A DNA stretch of 61,343 nt, filler included, from Catajapyx aquilonaris (taxonomy: Eukaryota), in the NCBI GenBank assembly GCA_000934665.2. It is 4 parts of 4 records of this genome, joined end to end, with 100 filler letters (N's around TTAATTAATTAA, not from the genome) between each part and the next. Parts side by side here need not be neighbours in the genome. Positions count along the whole stretch, not along the records: positions 1 to 15,267 come from JYFJ02007547.1; 3 more parts are not named here. One strand, 5' to 3'. The notes below the pieces were generated by a model. It was not told the origin of the DNA, searched no databases, and was given only the letters and a program-made list of their open reading frames with translations. Positions 1 to 14,483 of the stretch are shown here, piece by piece (position 1 is the stretch's first letter; every line of letters begins with the position of its first letter). The translations under genes and the position numbers were made by a program.

Positions 1-1536
1 GCTGGAAATAATGTATATGCGTCTCCAAGTTCTGGGGACGTACTGAGAGAGACTGAGAGAGAGAGGCGAAAACAGCATTTGGGCTGGACCCCCCCACTCT
101 TTCCCCCTCACCGCCAGAGAGACAATGAGAGGCTTCCAAAAAGAGCTTTGGTGCCAGGTTCAAAGCGGAGTGAACAATGCTCACAGTTGGGCAGGCCGAA
201 TTGGCCTACCTAGAGAGGGGGGTTGTCGCAAAAAGAGAGGGGGGGGGGGGTTGGAAAAGGCATTCAATCCTGGCTTCAGAGAGAGGGCAGATAAGGATGC
301 TGGTGGCAGAACCAGGTCGGGGATGTCCGGACTTGAAGGATGCTGATTGGTTGCGGGGAGAAACGTGTAAATCAAGCATGGTACCTTCCCATTAGCAAAA
401 CACTGCCCACTCCCATAAGCCGGAAATAACACATTGACTCATCACCAACGTGCATGTAGTTACCATAGTTGCCACTTGGCGGAGATGGAGAATGCGCGCC
501 ATCTGTTGGTAGCCGGGACAGTTTGGCCGCTCCATCTGTGTGCGACACATGGTACTACGACAGACTTTGCTGACTGGTGCCTAATCAAGTGTCCTGAATG
601 TCATCGCGGGAGGCATACTAACCTGTCCCTGAACTAATCCTTAATTGTCCGGTAAGTGAGGAGGAGAGGACTTTGGAGGTGAACCCAAGATCCCATCGGG
701 GGATAAAAGTTGAGCCCTGGACAGCCTCGCAGGGGATAGCCGCAGGACTTTGCGTTGGAACGTGTGTTGAGAAGTATTGCCAGATCCAGGCTACTCTCTC
801 CGGAGTTTTTTTCTGTTGTTGTTGGGATGGAGCCAGGAAAGTGTGGCGACTGGTATATAGTTACCGGANCCCCCCCCCCCCCCCGGATTAAAATCAGGCG
901 GCAAAAACACTTTAATATTTCACGAACCAATCAATCACTCGGCTGACAAAATGACTTTTTGGTGACATCAATGTCAAATAATTGACATGTATTATTGGAA
1001 GCATTTTGAGGCCAGTTATTATGAATCATATGTTAATTTTTTTAAAGAGTTCCGGAGAGTGTTCCTTGCCATGAAACGTGGTAACGGCTCCCAAACTGCT
1101 CAAACACTGAAACTAAATGGCCAGGGGCAAGAAATGGAGAAGAGAAGAAGAAGGGGTGGGTGGGGTGGTCCTAGTTTTGAACGTTAATATTCTGACGGAG
1201 CAGAGAGAAAGTAGGAGGATTTCAAGTGGAAAACTTTAATCAAATAGGGCTATATTCCCCAACCGATCGTTGCTAACGTAAAAGTTTCCAGAAAGAAAAA
1301 TAGAGCTCCTCAATCTGTTCCTTTTCCCCCTGAATTGGGGAGCAGGATAAAAAAAGGGGCATATCGTGGAAAATTTCGTTGTCACTTGGTTGAACAAGTT
1401 TTATATGGATACCGTATCCGCAACGTTGGGTACAGATACTTTTTTTTTTCCACGAAAAAGGACACCCATCATATCCGCCAAAAAAATAATATTAAAAAGT
1501 GCAAGACTCGAAGGTGAGTTAATCTCTCAAGATAAA

Positions 1537-1686
1537 TGTACTATCGGGTTCAAATACTTTTGGCCACTTTTTCCTGATCTTGAAGCAACGCTTCACAGAC
1601 GCACACCTCCTTAACGTGGGGTCTGTGCTAAGGGTTGCTTCAAGACTAGGATAAAGTGGCCAAAAGTATTTGCACCCGATAGTACA
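1537..1686. mobile_element. Palindromic MITE, Tc1/mariner-like (TA-flanked)
   Basis: Arms of ~60 nt (TACTATCGGGTTCAAATACTTTTGGCCACTTT...CTTGAAGCAAC and GTTGCTTCAAG...AAAGTGGCCAAAAGTATTTGCACCCGATAGTA) are reverse complements. A solo right arm recurs at ~47440-47508. Superfamily is inferred from the TA ends. Confidence 0.7.
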
Positions 1687-4115
1687 TCGGCTGTATAGTA
1701 CCCACAGCATAACTTCTCAAAAAATGGATTAGGCGACCTCTCCCCCTGCACTTCAGACCAGGCATTCTAAGCGATTTGATTGGTGGAGCAAAGGGTGGGG
1801 AGCCCTCTGATCCACCAATCAGATCGGTTGGTACAGTGCGGTACAAAAGAAATGCTATTTTGAAACCGCAGATATTTAGGGCATGCCTATTTTTTATGAA
1901 GTTAGGATGTGGGTACTGTAACTTCTGTGTTACTTTGCCAGAGGGCCATTAAAGCTGGCCACCGACCTTTTCCTATGTCATTACTGGCCATCGATATTTG
2001 GCCCTGTACCTACCAAAAACAGTTGCAGCTTCCCAAGAAAGCAGCTGTGGGTTTCACACCATTCGCAATCAACCTAATTCGTTTCACTCCACTAAATTGC
2101 TGCTTTTTTGCCTCCACATTGCATGGACCTTTTCTTTAAACGCTATTGAATCCCTCGGACTTAGATTTGTGGTCGACCTTTTCCAACCAGGTTTCCTCAA
2201 AAGATGGCCTTTTTTTTCTCTCGTTTTACCTTTTTTTTTGTTGGCCGTCTTCATACCCCTGTGCTATCACTCTCCAGACACTGTATACCTCGACTCCTCT
2301 AGGGAAATTCTTAGTCCGGACCTGTCGGGCTTGGCTTAGAGAGCGAGAAGCCCAATTGCACAGCTCGACCTGACACGAGAGGCACGCAGGTCGTTGGGCT
2401 GACTGATTGCTCGTGACGTAAAAAGGCAAGATCCTGCGGGGAAGAAGTGGAGGAGGGGGGAAAAAAAAGAAGCAAAGGCAGTAGTAGCTGAAGAGAATTG
2501 CTGCTGGTCCTAAAGAGGATTTCCCGACGTACAAAAGGTGGTCGGAGTTGAAGGGCAAGTAAAGCCTTGCAAGGTGGCAGGAAGAAAGCAAGAAGAAGAG
2601 GGGAAAAAAAGAACAGAAAGAGAAAAAAAAAATCCTCGCCTGGGAATAGCTGATAGAAGCCTCTCTAAGGAGGAAAGAAAATCTTGTCGTGGCAGCACAA
2701 ATGAGAAGAAGTTTTCTGTTGCATCACTGGAGGTATGCGGCTTCAAGTGTCGGTGACTAACAGGTTATTAGACGAGAAGAATGTGAAGTTAATGGGGTCT
2801 TTTTGGGGGAAGATATATTGAGGGTGATGAGACATTAAAGAAGACTCGGCTTCAAGAGGAAACGAATTTTTTGTTATAAAGAGATTTCCATGCAGATGTG
2901 TGCTACAAACATCTGAATGTGCTATTTTGCCACCTTAAGTACATAGCAATTAATCGAGTAATTACGCAATACTTAAACCACCCTCCAGTTTGTACAAGTA
3001 CGGTGGGAAAGTTCCAACGTGCAGATAAACCTCATTAGATTAACACCGCAGAGCCGCAATCCTGTGCTTTTATTTTTTTTTGTACGTGCTGGGAATTAAT
3101 TAGGCCTGCTCCCTGCTCTTCCTGTGCTGTGACACTTGGACATCATGAGGGTCGGTGGCAGTGCTAGGGGGACAGGGGGGGGGGAGTCATCATCACGAAT
3201 TTCTAATTTACTCTACAACTCATTCACTTGGCACAATACCTAAGCGATAAGCCTCGCATTAAACTCCGCACGAATGTCCGGCCTTAAGTGGATTATTCTT
3301 GCACGGAAAACCCGACCGCTCCCGAAAGGTCGTTATGGACCCTGTTCAAATACGCTCGGATTTAGTTTTAACAGGGTTCTCTACTATATATAGCTCCACT
3401 TCTCTGTCTCTACAGCCATTTTGTCGGTCAGTCTTTGTTAACATGTGTATAGGTTATTTTATTACGCGCAGTTACTTTAACTATATTAATAGACTAATAA
3501 TTATCTATCACGTTGGTGATGAGTCAACGCATGTATATAGGGCCGAAGTCACGTATACCCCTGAGGGATTTAGTTAACGTTAAAAATCCCTTTCCAGAGA
3601 TATTTGATAGGTGGGGGCTCAAGTGTCTGTGATCTGCTGGGACAAATGAGCGGCCCCTGTTTTAGGAGGGGTGGGTTATGTGTATATAGGGTGTGTGAGG
3701 GAGGGGGGTTGTCGTCCTCCTCTTCCCTTGGAAAATGGATGCCATTCGAGCCTGGCTGTAGCAGGGACCCGTGCTTGTTGCAGGCGGCGGCTCTCGCGTG
3801 TCCTGACATCTCCCGCCACTTTGCCTTGATTTATCCCGCCTTTCTCCCCACCAACTCTCGCATTTTGCCCAAACCCTCCACCCAAAAAAGAGAGGTAGTC
3901 GATTTGCTGCAAACAGACGCTGGGGTTGCATCCTGTCCGCGAATAAAAACCCAAGAATCACAAGTGGTTACTTGCTATAGACAATAACACACGAAATTAA
4001 CATTTTACTAGTTCCGCCTCCCATCCACCAGAGGAGCTGCCTCTTTCCATTGCGCAGGCGCAGAATGGGGGCCAATCGGAAACGTACGTTGATGTGGCGG
4101 GCCAATGGGGGGAGA

Positions 4116-4320
4116 CGGAGTGGCGCCACGGTAATGTGCGCGCCCACGGATGTTAAGGTCCCGGGTTCGATCCCAGCCCGGGGACACCCCCTTCATCTCG
4201 TGCAGAGTTCTGGGGTCGTCTCTGGCTTCGTCTCGGGTGGTATTTCCACAGACTAAACCACCTGGGGAAGTTCACAAAATGACCAAGCACCGTTACCGCA
4301 CTGCACTTGCACATCCCCTG
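4116..4320 (+). mobile_element. tRNA-derived SINE, family A (tRNA-Arg(ACG)-like head)
   Basis: Pol III A box (TGGCGCCACGG), B box (GGTTCGATCCC) and an anticodon-like CCACGGA. The body ...GTTCACAAAATGACC...GCACTGCACTTGCACATCCC is shared with copies at 20120, 41999, 43470 and 56452. Confidence 0.85.
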
Positions 4321-7300
4321 TAACTGCTACTTGCTATCCGCTATCCGCTACTTTTCCGAAGGTCTTTGCCAGATTTGAGTAAGTGGATGGGGTGCGACAA
4401 GTAAAGTACTTCCCATGGCGACCCATTCCTGGCCTGAAGGTTAATGGAGGACTGATTACTAAAAGAGCTTCTCAGAGGCCCCACATCTCAGAGCAAGTTG
4501 GGGTAGCCTACTGACAGCCGTTTTTCCCATGCTCTGGGACTCATTCTCCTTCTACCCCGGCCTGACTAATCAAAGTTTACATCAGGGCGCGGAAAACGCA
4601 CTTTCAGGGCCCAAACTACATCCATCTGCAGCATGAAAATGGGCCCCAATTTTGAGAGAGGGGGGAGGGAGGGAGAGGGGGTAAAAAAAATAGTTGAAAC
4701 GCAGGTCAGCTCTCAGGGTAGCTGCGGCTTCTTTCCTAATGCGCTCCTTGGGAATGATGGCGACATGGCGGCGGAGAAGGTGGACATATAAGCACAAGTA
4801 TTTGCAGCTCGGCATCCAAATGAAAGTGTAAATGGTTGGCTTGGGGAGCAGGGCATGGGATGCGGTTGATTTTCCGAGGGGAAATGTGGGGAGGAAGGCC
4901 TGGTTGGCGCATATATATAAGATGGTTCCTTATGCAGGGAATGGAAACGGAATTCAGATGTGGAGGTACATGTTGAAACGAAACGGAACAGGAAAATGAG
5001 TGGCACAATTCACCGCAGATTGATTGTGAAGACACTTCGCACTATTTTGCTTGCCATGGTTCGTTGCGTAGGGTAAAAATCTTGCGCATTTTTCATTATT
5101 GTTATTACTCGGACGTGAGATGGAGAGGAGTGCCGTGTGACTGGTTTCAAGTTGTCGCTGGCGACAGCTGGCTCGGATTAATGTTATTACACAAGAGAGA
5201 TGGCTGCCCAATCTCGCCTGTCGTCACAGGTGACGTGGCCGAAATGAAGGAGCTCACTTATTAGAGATGGGGGTGTGGAGGCGTATGGGGTTGAAGGGGG
5301 TTCAGAGGGGGGGGGGGGGTTATTTTTTTTGTTGAAAACGGTGCAGATTAATACCAATGGAGGCAAATGGGGGGGAGTTACGCGATGGTCGCAGTTGCTG
5401 GCAGTTTAAAATATTGGCCCAAGTAATCCTGCATATGCCAGCTCCATGCTTGAGTACCGACTGTGCTGTAGGAAAAGTTGCAACTGACAAACTGACTGGA
5501 GTTAACTGATTTCACCAATCTATGGTATAGGCACCAGCAAAAAACGCAGCCAAAAAATACTGTCAAATTAATAACGATATTTCTGGTCAAATAGTGTGAA
5601 GACCCATAATAAGTAATTTTAAAAAAATGGACACAGGAAATGTGCAGAAAATTTTCTGTACATACATCACGCATCAAATAACTTACAACTGTATTTTAAT
5701 GACATTAATGTTTACGCAGTTACTGCTGGGTTGCATAATTGTCCCCTTCATGTGGAGGTATTACAATGCGCAACCACATTAATAAATTCCATTAAATGCC
5801 AGTTATAACATGCAAAATACAACTATGAAAAAGAACACATTATGGGCGATAATTTCTGCTTTTGTGGTTACAACCATTTGACCCGAAATTTTACCCATAT
5901 GTTCAGCACAGAAAGCAGCTAGAAATAACAGCGACCTCTTCCACTTTAAGCTATGTAGTTTATTCCAGGAATTAACTTACAGTTAGTAATCTCATTTCCA
6001 AATTCCTCGTGTTCGGACCAGTTTCCCCAAATTCAAATTTTTAAGGAAGTTACGTCGTTTTGATCCACCGTCGCGTCGGGGCAGGTTCAATATTTGCAAA
6101 CTTCCACACTCTAAACTTTTTACCCCATAATTTTTTTTAAAAACCACCGCTAGTCAATACCCTTCTGAATAATTCCTCCATTTGAATACTTAACCCCAAT
6201 TGTCCCCACTTCTGTTCCTTTGAAGTAAAAAAAAATTAGAAGAAGACTGTAACTGTCTCCTGAAGTATAAAATTAGGACCCCTTCCAGACAACTGCCTTG
6301 CCTAAAAAGCCGTGAAAATTCCTAGCCTTCCGATGCTTCACTTTGATTTTCAAGTGTATAGAGCTTTAGCTTCGGGATAGTAGAGGTCCAGACAATTCCG
6401 TCCCATTATAGAAGGTCCTCCAAGTGAAGTCTCCGGAGAGGAAGCTTGCTTCCTTTTTCTTCACGCCGGTTGACTCGTCTCAAAGATAAAAAAGGACAGA
6501 AACCTTCCACAATCGGATTTGGGCGATGGCCACGACAAGAGTGTTCCTATCCCCCTCGAAAATTTTCGTCGGATTCCCACAGCGTTACGTGCGGTCGGAT
6601 TACGGACTAAAAAGAGAGAGACCGGTATGGAAATGACCGATTAGAAAGGGAGGGGGGGGGGGACATTTTGTGTGTGACCCTCTTTTTAGCGCAGGACACT
6701 AATTAACTCGTGATGTGGAAGGACCTCTTTTTAAAGGATTGAATGCGAATGTGCACTGCGGACATAAATTAGTAGCCACCCACTTTTTTGGGGGTGTGGA
6801 CAAAAGGGGGGTGTTCCCCGTACCAAAAAACTGAGTGTTCCTTCTAAAAAAAAGTACGCGTATTATGGACCGGGTGATTCAGTGGGACTCTCCAAATTTC
6901 GTGTTAGCTAGCACTGATATAATTAGGCCTAGGGAACGAATAAGGTTGTAATGGCACCTTCTGGAGACAAAATACGGATGGACTTGACCTTACTGGCGTG
7001 CGGGAGGCGGGAGGGTAGTAGTCGGTGGGGGCAGCAGGCTGTGTCGCAAATATAGGTCTGTATCCGCAAAGAAGGAAGGTTAGGCTTGGTTAGGTTAGGT
7101 TGGTACAGCATACCCCTTCCAAAATCCTTGCCTTTGCGACACAGACAAGCAGTGCCCCCAGCCACCACTCACCCTGCCTCCTCCCGCACGCCAGTAAGGG
7201 CTACTCTTTCCCAAAATACACACCAGTGTGAACCTCCTGCTGGAAACAAGATTAGCAAATCACGAGAGCGTGATTCGAGTAGACTTTTTCTCATTGGGCA

Positions 7301-10300
7301 GTGGGAAATGAGACCGACAACTTTGTTTAAAACGGGCAAAGCTTCAGTGTTTATAAAACCGGATTGCAATGATATTATGGCTCCTCCCCCCCTACCAAAA
7401 AAAAAAATGAACCGTTTTATTTCGCACTTGGCTGGAAAATGGGATTCACAAAAGGGGAGTTTTAGGCCCTTTGTTGCGATTGTACAGCCGGGGTATACCT
7501 CTCATTCTCCCTGGAGCTGGATTTCATATAACAAAGGAAGCTTCTCTCACTCTCTTTCTCTCTCATTCACCCGCGATTTTAAATAGAGTCTGGTTATATC
7601 TCGTACAGGCACATTGTGGGTGTCGTGTGACGACGGGAGAGTCGACTTGAAGCAGGTGAAAACTGAGATGAATCTTGGTCCATGCATACAGTATATGCAG
7701 GCATCCAAATTGGAGACAGAAAAAGGGAACAAAAGGACCTTTTTCTTCCACCCTTTGGAGCATCATTTCTGGCCCACTCTCGACGCGGTCCAAAAACTGA
7801 TTTTTTTGGGAGGGTTAACAAGCGCCCAGCACTGCGAAAAAAAATTTGGTTTCTTCCCAGAACATTCCAGCTGCACTTGCACAGTAGTCTCTATAGCTGC
7901 AATATCTGCGAGATTCCCCACAAGGACCTACGGGTTATGCTCACAACTATGGAATGTTTGCAGTGGCCGAGTCAACTCCAGTGTCCTTTGAGCCCCGCCT
8001 CAGGAGGTAATGAGAGCCCATTGTTGAAGCACTACCCGCATGGCCTTCAAGGTGCTCTGTTTACAGTGCCTATGGGCGAGATGTCCCCCGATTACATAAG
8101 GAGAAGGGAATATACAAGGTGGACTGGTTGGTCCAGGAAGCTCATCTGAGGTGTTTTCGGGGTGTGTGTTGCTTCAGGAGGGCGCGGAATATTTGTCTCC
8201 GGATGTTGGCTAGGAAGAGTAGCTATAATGTTGAAGCTACGATTCGCAGGGAATATTCCCCGTTCCTCCGAAAAATCACCGTTTGCAAGTCACTGCTTAC
8301 AAAGTAGCAGCTACGTGCAATTTTCCGATAACTGTTCGGACAAAAAAGTTGAAACACCCTGCATACAATTTATCTCCCATATTGATTCATGTTATTTTTA
8401 AATAATAGTAGTGCTGTTAGTTGCATAATGTCTATACCTATACTCTTGAGCGGGGTGAAAATCAAGGACTTTAAAAAAAATCATTTTAAAAAAGGATAAT
8501 AATAACATCGCAATTCTCCAAACCGAGGCGAGAGAAAAAATTATGGCGCGATAAAAATGGCGATTGAAACGGGACGGATTTAGCCGGCGTCTCATTTGCA
8601 AATATATGGAACCCCCGCAAAAAAAAAAACTTTCGTTGGGGAGGGGGGGGGGGATAAAATTATGATTTAAGCGGATATGAAAATGTGGGACGCTGCTTGG
8701 GAGTAATGCTGTCATGAGGAGCTTTTTTTTCCAGTNACCCCCGCAAAAAAAAAACTTTCGTTGGGGAGAGAGGGGGGGGGGATAAAATTATGATTTAAGC
8801 GGATATGAAAATGTGGGACGCTGCTTGGGAGTAATGCTGTCATGAGGAGCTTTTTTTTCCAGTGATTAATTGCTCCATAATCGCTGTCGAGTGACCGGTG
8901 CAGCCTTTGATAATCCTACTTCTGGAGGGGTAATGTGTGTTTTTTTTTCTGTTGCATAAACCTGGAAAATACCTGCTGAAGTACAGGTATTACCGGTACA
9001 TGCCTGGTTATGGTGTAGTTCATGGCAGTTCTTTTAATATTTCATGGCTTGTCGTATAAACACCCTCTTGTACAGCCCTCTTGTAATAATGAAATGTCTC
9101 TTCCCCCACCATATAGGTTCCAACCCTCCCCAATTCTTTTCGATCATGTCCCCCCCTCAGTCAATTACTTTCCCTTAGACTCTCTCCCCCCATTATATTT
9201 TAACAGTCTTGTGCTCTGGAGTCCAATCCCTATGCTGTCCAATCAGGCGACCTTCTGCTGTGATCTCCCCCTTCCTTGGATATCCCTTGGGAAAGGTTGG
9301 ATATCATCCTTGTCTTTTGATGACACAAAAAAAAGCGGGTTGAAATAATAGTGTTCCTGGAGCAAAACTGCGGGGACCAATGAACCGTGTCGCTTGCAAA
9401 ATGAAGCGTAATGAAATTTGCCAAGAAATTAAGATGGGACGACTGTTGAAGCTTTGGGGGCTAATTGGATCATTACTGTTGGACAAAGAACTCTTTCGAA
9501 ATGCAGTAAATGCCTTTATTAAAACCAGGGTTCTTGTCGAATGGAGGCCCGCTATAAAACGGGCTATTATCAGATAATTGCGTGTAACGGCCATGTTTTT
9601 TTTTTTTTTTTTTGAAACTGCAATTTTTCGAAGCGAAAAGTTGCATGCTTCACAAAGGAAATTTTTTACATGATTTTCTGGTCATTTTTAGTAACTAATG
9701 AGTGCTACAAAAGGTATTGCACAGTAGGGGCACATATTACAAAAATTTACATAAAGTCTTTGAAGGTTTTTTTTTCTAAACTGTAAGCAAATAATTTTAG
9801 TAATTTGTATCCCCTTATTCTCTCTGTCCACAAGTTTGTCCGTGTTGACTCATCGCCTGTGAGGTAGTAGTTACCACAGTTTTCACTTTCCCAGTTTAAT
9901 AATAGCGGTCAGAGATGGTGAGACCCACTTCAATGTAGCACCCTTGGGAGCTTTGAGCGGTGACTCATCACCAACGTGCATGTAGTACTATTTCCCCCAT
10001 GAGAGTGGCAAGAGGCGCCAAAATTTGACAACTAGTCCACTACCTGCTTGTATAAATAATGAGATAGGCGACAATCCGATTAGAGATTTTCTTGCAATAT
10101 TGGCACACTATGTGACATGTCCAACCTCATCAAACCACTGGAGCTATACAATCCTAGGAAAAGAGCTGTGTTGAAGTAGAGGATTAGCCCTCCCTTATAC
10201 ATCCGGCTTTTATAGTGGTGCTGTAACACTGTCACCATCAAACCAAAGTGATGTTCTGGCTCCATTTCCCCACCTCTTTTTTTTACAGCACCTCACCATC

Positions 10301-13300
10301 TCCACACCCAGAACAATCTCTGGGCTACTTGCGAATAGTCGGCTCGGACTGGTAAAACAGTGATGGGCGGGGGTGGAAGAGAATAGAACTTTTTTTTTGG
10401 GGAGGTTGGTGGTGACTGTGAGAGCCGCAGACCCCATTATAAAAAGGCCCTCCCCCCCTTGTCCTTTTTTCTGGGGTTATTCCAAATCCCCAAATCCCTC
10501 GCACGTTCTCGATTCTTCTGCCTCCGTGTCACAGGAGTCACTCGGCGGTGATAACTTTGAGAAATTACAACGGGAACCTTGTTACTCTCTGGAAAAAAGG
10601 CTTTTCAAACTCGTCTGAAACAAGAAGAGGAAAAAAATGTCTGAAGGTTTTTTTTTTTGCTCTTTTCCTATTCAACCGCGCCATCACCATATTTACTGAA
10701 AATCACTAAAAAATTTCCAGCCAGCGTTGACACTGGAGACTGTTTGTCGCTTTCAATTTAGATAGTAGCATAAATTAGTGATGGGCACAACGCATCTTCT
10801 CCGATTTCTCGAGGGGGTCTAAGTTATCCCGTAATCCCCTGCTTTGGAGCCAAAGAGGGCCATGAACTCTGTGCAAAAGCTTTTGGAGAGGATGCTATTA
10901 GGATTACCCGTAGCCGGTTTCCCGTGGCCATTTTTGCTCGTCCCCCCCTAGTATATACCCGTCTCTTGTTCAAGCCTCATGTGCTTCCAGATGAGGAGGA
11001 AGAAAATGGATCCTTCCCAGCCTCCCACCAGTTATCTCCTGGATGCTCCTAAATGCAACAGATTGCCGGATTTAGTAGCATGCAACTGCACGTTTTAGAC
11101 TTTACAAAAAAATGGCTTATACAGACCGGCTCTGTCCGTCTGTGGACAGGTATCAGGACCTAAACCGCATGTGAAAGCGAATAACGGTTTTCGGATTCGG
11201 ATTCAGCCGACTCTCGGCCAACTTTCGGTTTACAGGGACTACTCTAATCCTCCAAGGTCGAGTCTAGGGATGGGTTCCTTGGAAACCGGAAATGAGACTG
11301 ACAACATTCCATATCGTTGTTGTCCAGTTGGAATTTTCTTAGCAATGAGAAAAGTCTACTCGAATCACGCTCATTACAAATATTTTCCCAGAATTGGTTC
11401 GAGTCTGTGCCTATATGTTTGTCTGCGGTGAGTCATCAGTAGCTGGAAGATGAATGCGCCATCTGTGTGAGACGTATGGTACTACACGACTTCACCTGAC
11501 AAGTGATGAACTTGTCACCTTTTTTGTGCTGGGTTAGGTCGAATGAATCCGCCCTCTGCGTGTCGCAGAGTGTAACAACGATGTTAATTCCTGCTGCAGC
11601 ATCATTTGTCATCCGCGACACGACGTGGTGCGATTCCCTGCGAGCATTGCGGACTCGACTTTTTTTTTCTTTCCTTCTTCCTACTTTCTTCTCTTCTTTC
11701 CCCACCCCAGCATCCCCTTGAATTCTCCCCCACCCCCCTTTTTTCTCCTCCTCCGCCTCCTTCCCCCTTACGCCACGTCGCCGCCGACTGGAATGGCTTT
11801 AGAAAACTGCCTCTGGTCGAAGCCATTCGCATTCCTTGCCACTGACTTGAGAGCCTGCTGCACGTACTGCTTGCCAACTCGCTTTGCCCCCCAGAAATGC
11901 AAATGGGAATCGACAGCTCCACCTTGCGCGAATATCCATTTCTGCAAAAAGGAGGCATCCCCCCCCCTTTCCCCTCCCTCACTTATTCGCAGAAAAACGG
12001 CCCCTAGTCGACGGACACGGCGTGGGGCGAAACGAGGATGTATGTTAGGCCTGTTTGTTTGACAAATGCACTGCGGGAGGGAGGGGAATCTCTCACAATG
12101 AGAACTTAACGTGAGGTTTTTTTTTTGGCTTTTTCAGACCTAATAAAATGCGTGATGCATTGACTGCTCAGAAGGTTTCAGAGATAAGGAAACGCAAAGC
12201 ATGTTTTTTTGGGTTGCATCATGCCAGGATGAAACAAAGGTCGAGGTAAAAAGAGTACTTTCTCCGGAGCAGAGAATTGTTGCTATACCATTCATTCCAA
12301 GGGGGTAAGCAGTGGACTGAAAAGTGTACACTCGAGTCCCAAATTCAGAGAGTACCAAGGAGTATAATAAAGAGGGAGGTACCTGAGGAGTACCTGGGAG
12401 TACCACTCGCAGGTGTACACCGGAGTACATTCATTCTGCAATTCCCCTGCGAAAAACTAGTATACTACTATATAGTTAACCATAAATCAGACTTTAGCTA
12501 TATGTCCAGTTTGATAAACCTATAACCGAGGCCTGGGCCTGGGCCAAAAAAAATCGTCCGGACTTCTTGTAAACGCGCAAAGCAGCTCTGTAATATTAAT
12601 GGTATTCCGTGGGACCCGAGTCAATAGAAGTGTGCAGTACACAAGAGGACGCGGTATTTCATTAAAAGCGTGTGCAGGATTCCGCTGTTTATTTTGTGCC
12701 TCTGGCAAGCAAGCAAGGGCCCCCTCCTCTTATTCCTCCTATTTTTTTAAAAAAAAGAGTTATGGATAACAACGGGTAGGGTTCGCAGATTTATTTGCCT
12801 TTCATTTATAAATTGCAAAGTATCCTGCGGGAGAGTTTGATTGGCGTGCCAGTTCATTGATAGACCGTTAACTGGCATTATCGGACCAACATTCTGATCG
12901 GATATACACTCTGTTGTGCGGATCAAACTGGATTAATGCCTTGTGGCAGGGACTGAATTTAATCATGGTTATATATGCATTCTTTCATATCAAGTAGAAC
13001 AGACAGAAAGATTTTGCATATGAATTGTGGGCAAATTACAGTGCATGTTGCAAGTCAAAGCAACCCACTTTCAAGTGCCGATTTTTTTCCGGGTAGATCT
13101 AATATAATTGCATTCTACAGCATAGCAACGAGACTACTGTAGAACAATGAAAATATCCTGGAAGCAATTCAACCCCCCATTTAATTTTCCACGACGACAA
13201 ATGGGCATAGCATGTAATGCGCTTACTTTGAGGAGTTAATTCCGAATTTATTACCCTCGTTTTTAAAGTCCTCCCCACCTTGAAGAAAGATCCCGGCGGG

Positions 13301-14483
13301 CTACTTAATTTCCATAACGCAATAAGAACTTCTTTTTCCCCCACAATGCTTAAGAAGAGTAGGCCTATGTAAATTTTCTGGCAGGTATATTTTTTTTACT
13401 CCATCGTTGCTATAGGCTGCCCCTATACATCTCACAGGTCTCATCATAGTTCAGACGCCCCGAAGGAGGAACCAAGTTCCAGGCCTGTGATCAAAGGATG
13501 GGGTTGGGTGGGCTGCATATCTTCTGGGGGAGGTATATGTAATGCTACCTGTTTAATTGAGTTTTCGTCCAAAGCCCAAGTTGCGAAACCGCCATCTTTT
13601 TTTGGCAGAATATGAAGGATACTTTTATTTTCACGAATGTTATATTAATTTTGGCTCGAGACCCCCCCCCCCCCNCCCTGCTCTTGAATTGTGAAATTGG
13701 GGGGCGTATTGTGAGCCTTTCCGGTCCGAAGTTAGCGACTCCTTGAAGGTGAAAATCGAAGCTGGCAAGGAGAATGCAGAGATGGAGCCTTGCCTTGCTT
13801 GCTTTTGTTCGACATTATGCGCCCGTGTGCATTTGACTGTGCGGTTTTCACTAAAGCATGTCGCACTCAAAGTGACGCTGCATCAATACCTCTTTGTCAC
13901 CCTTTCTAGACTCTCTAAAGTTGGGCGTCCTTGCATAAGTCTGGTCCATTAGACTTCAGGTTGGTAGGTATATAGGAAAGGTCGCTATTTTGCGGATCAC
14001 TGCTACTTTTGCTGTGAGGGACTTTTGAGACAGGTAACGAGCAAGAAGAGATCCGGTGGTCATGGCAACGCCCTGGAGGGACATTGCTTGAAAACGGAGT
14101 GAGCTCTTTTCCAGTGTATACGAGAGAGAGAGAGAGAGAGAGAGATGCGATAGACCTAATGAATGCCGCATCACGAGCCCCCCGGAGCGCACACCTTTGA
14201 TCCTCATTAAAACTTGCCAAGTGATGCCGCCTGGAAGAAAAAGAAAAAGAAAAGTGAAAAAGAGAACAAGTAAGAGAAGGAACTGAACGAGTGTAGAGAG
14301 GAAGAAAAATATACAGACATCGTGGAAAGCGTAGGATCTGTAATTTTCGAGTAGAAACCGCCATGATAGTTTATGGGATGGTTTCTCAACCATTTTACGA
14401 CCTAAAGAATAATATTGATGTCTAAGGGAAACCCTGCTTAAAAAATACCTCAAGTAATGACTCAAAAAACATGTATGCATAAG

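Noticed and set aside
4116..4185. Apparent tRNA-Arg genes (also at 41999, 43640, 56650)
   Set aside because: No acceptor-stem pairing. Each is followed by a shared non-tRNA body and several have TSDs, so they are SINE heads.
7077..7103. (TTAGG)-like interstitial telomeric repeats
   Set aside because: Only 4-5 imperfect units; such short AGGTT runs are common in insect repeats.
8611..8863. Near-perfect ~127-nt tandem duplication
   Set aside because: The two copies are separated by a single N (8736) and differ only in homopolymer-like runs. This is typical of an unmerged contig overlap in scaffolding.
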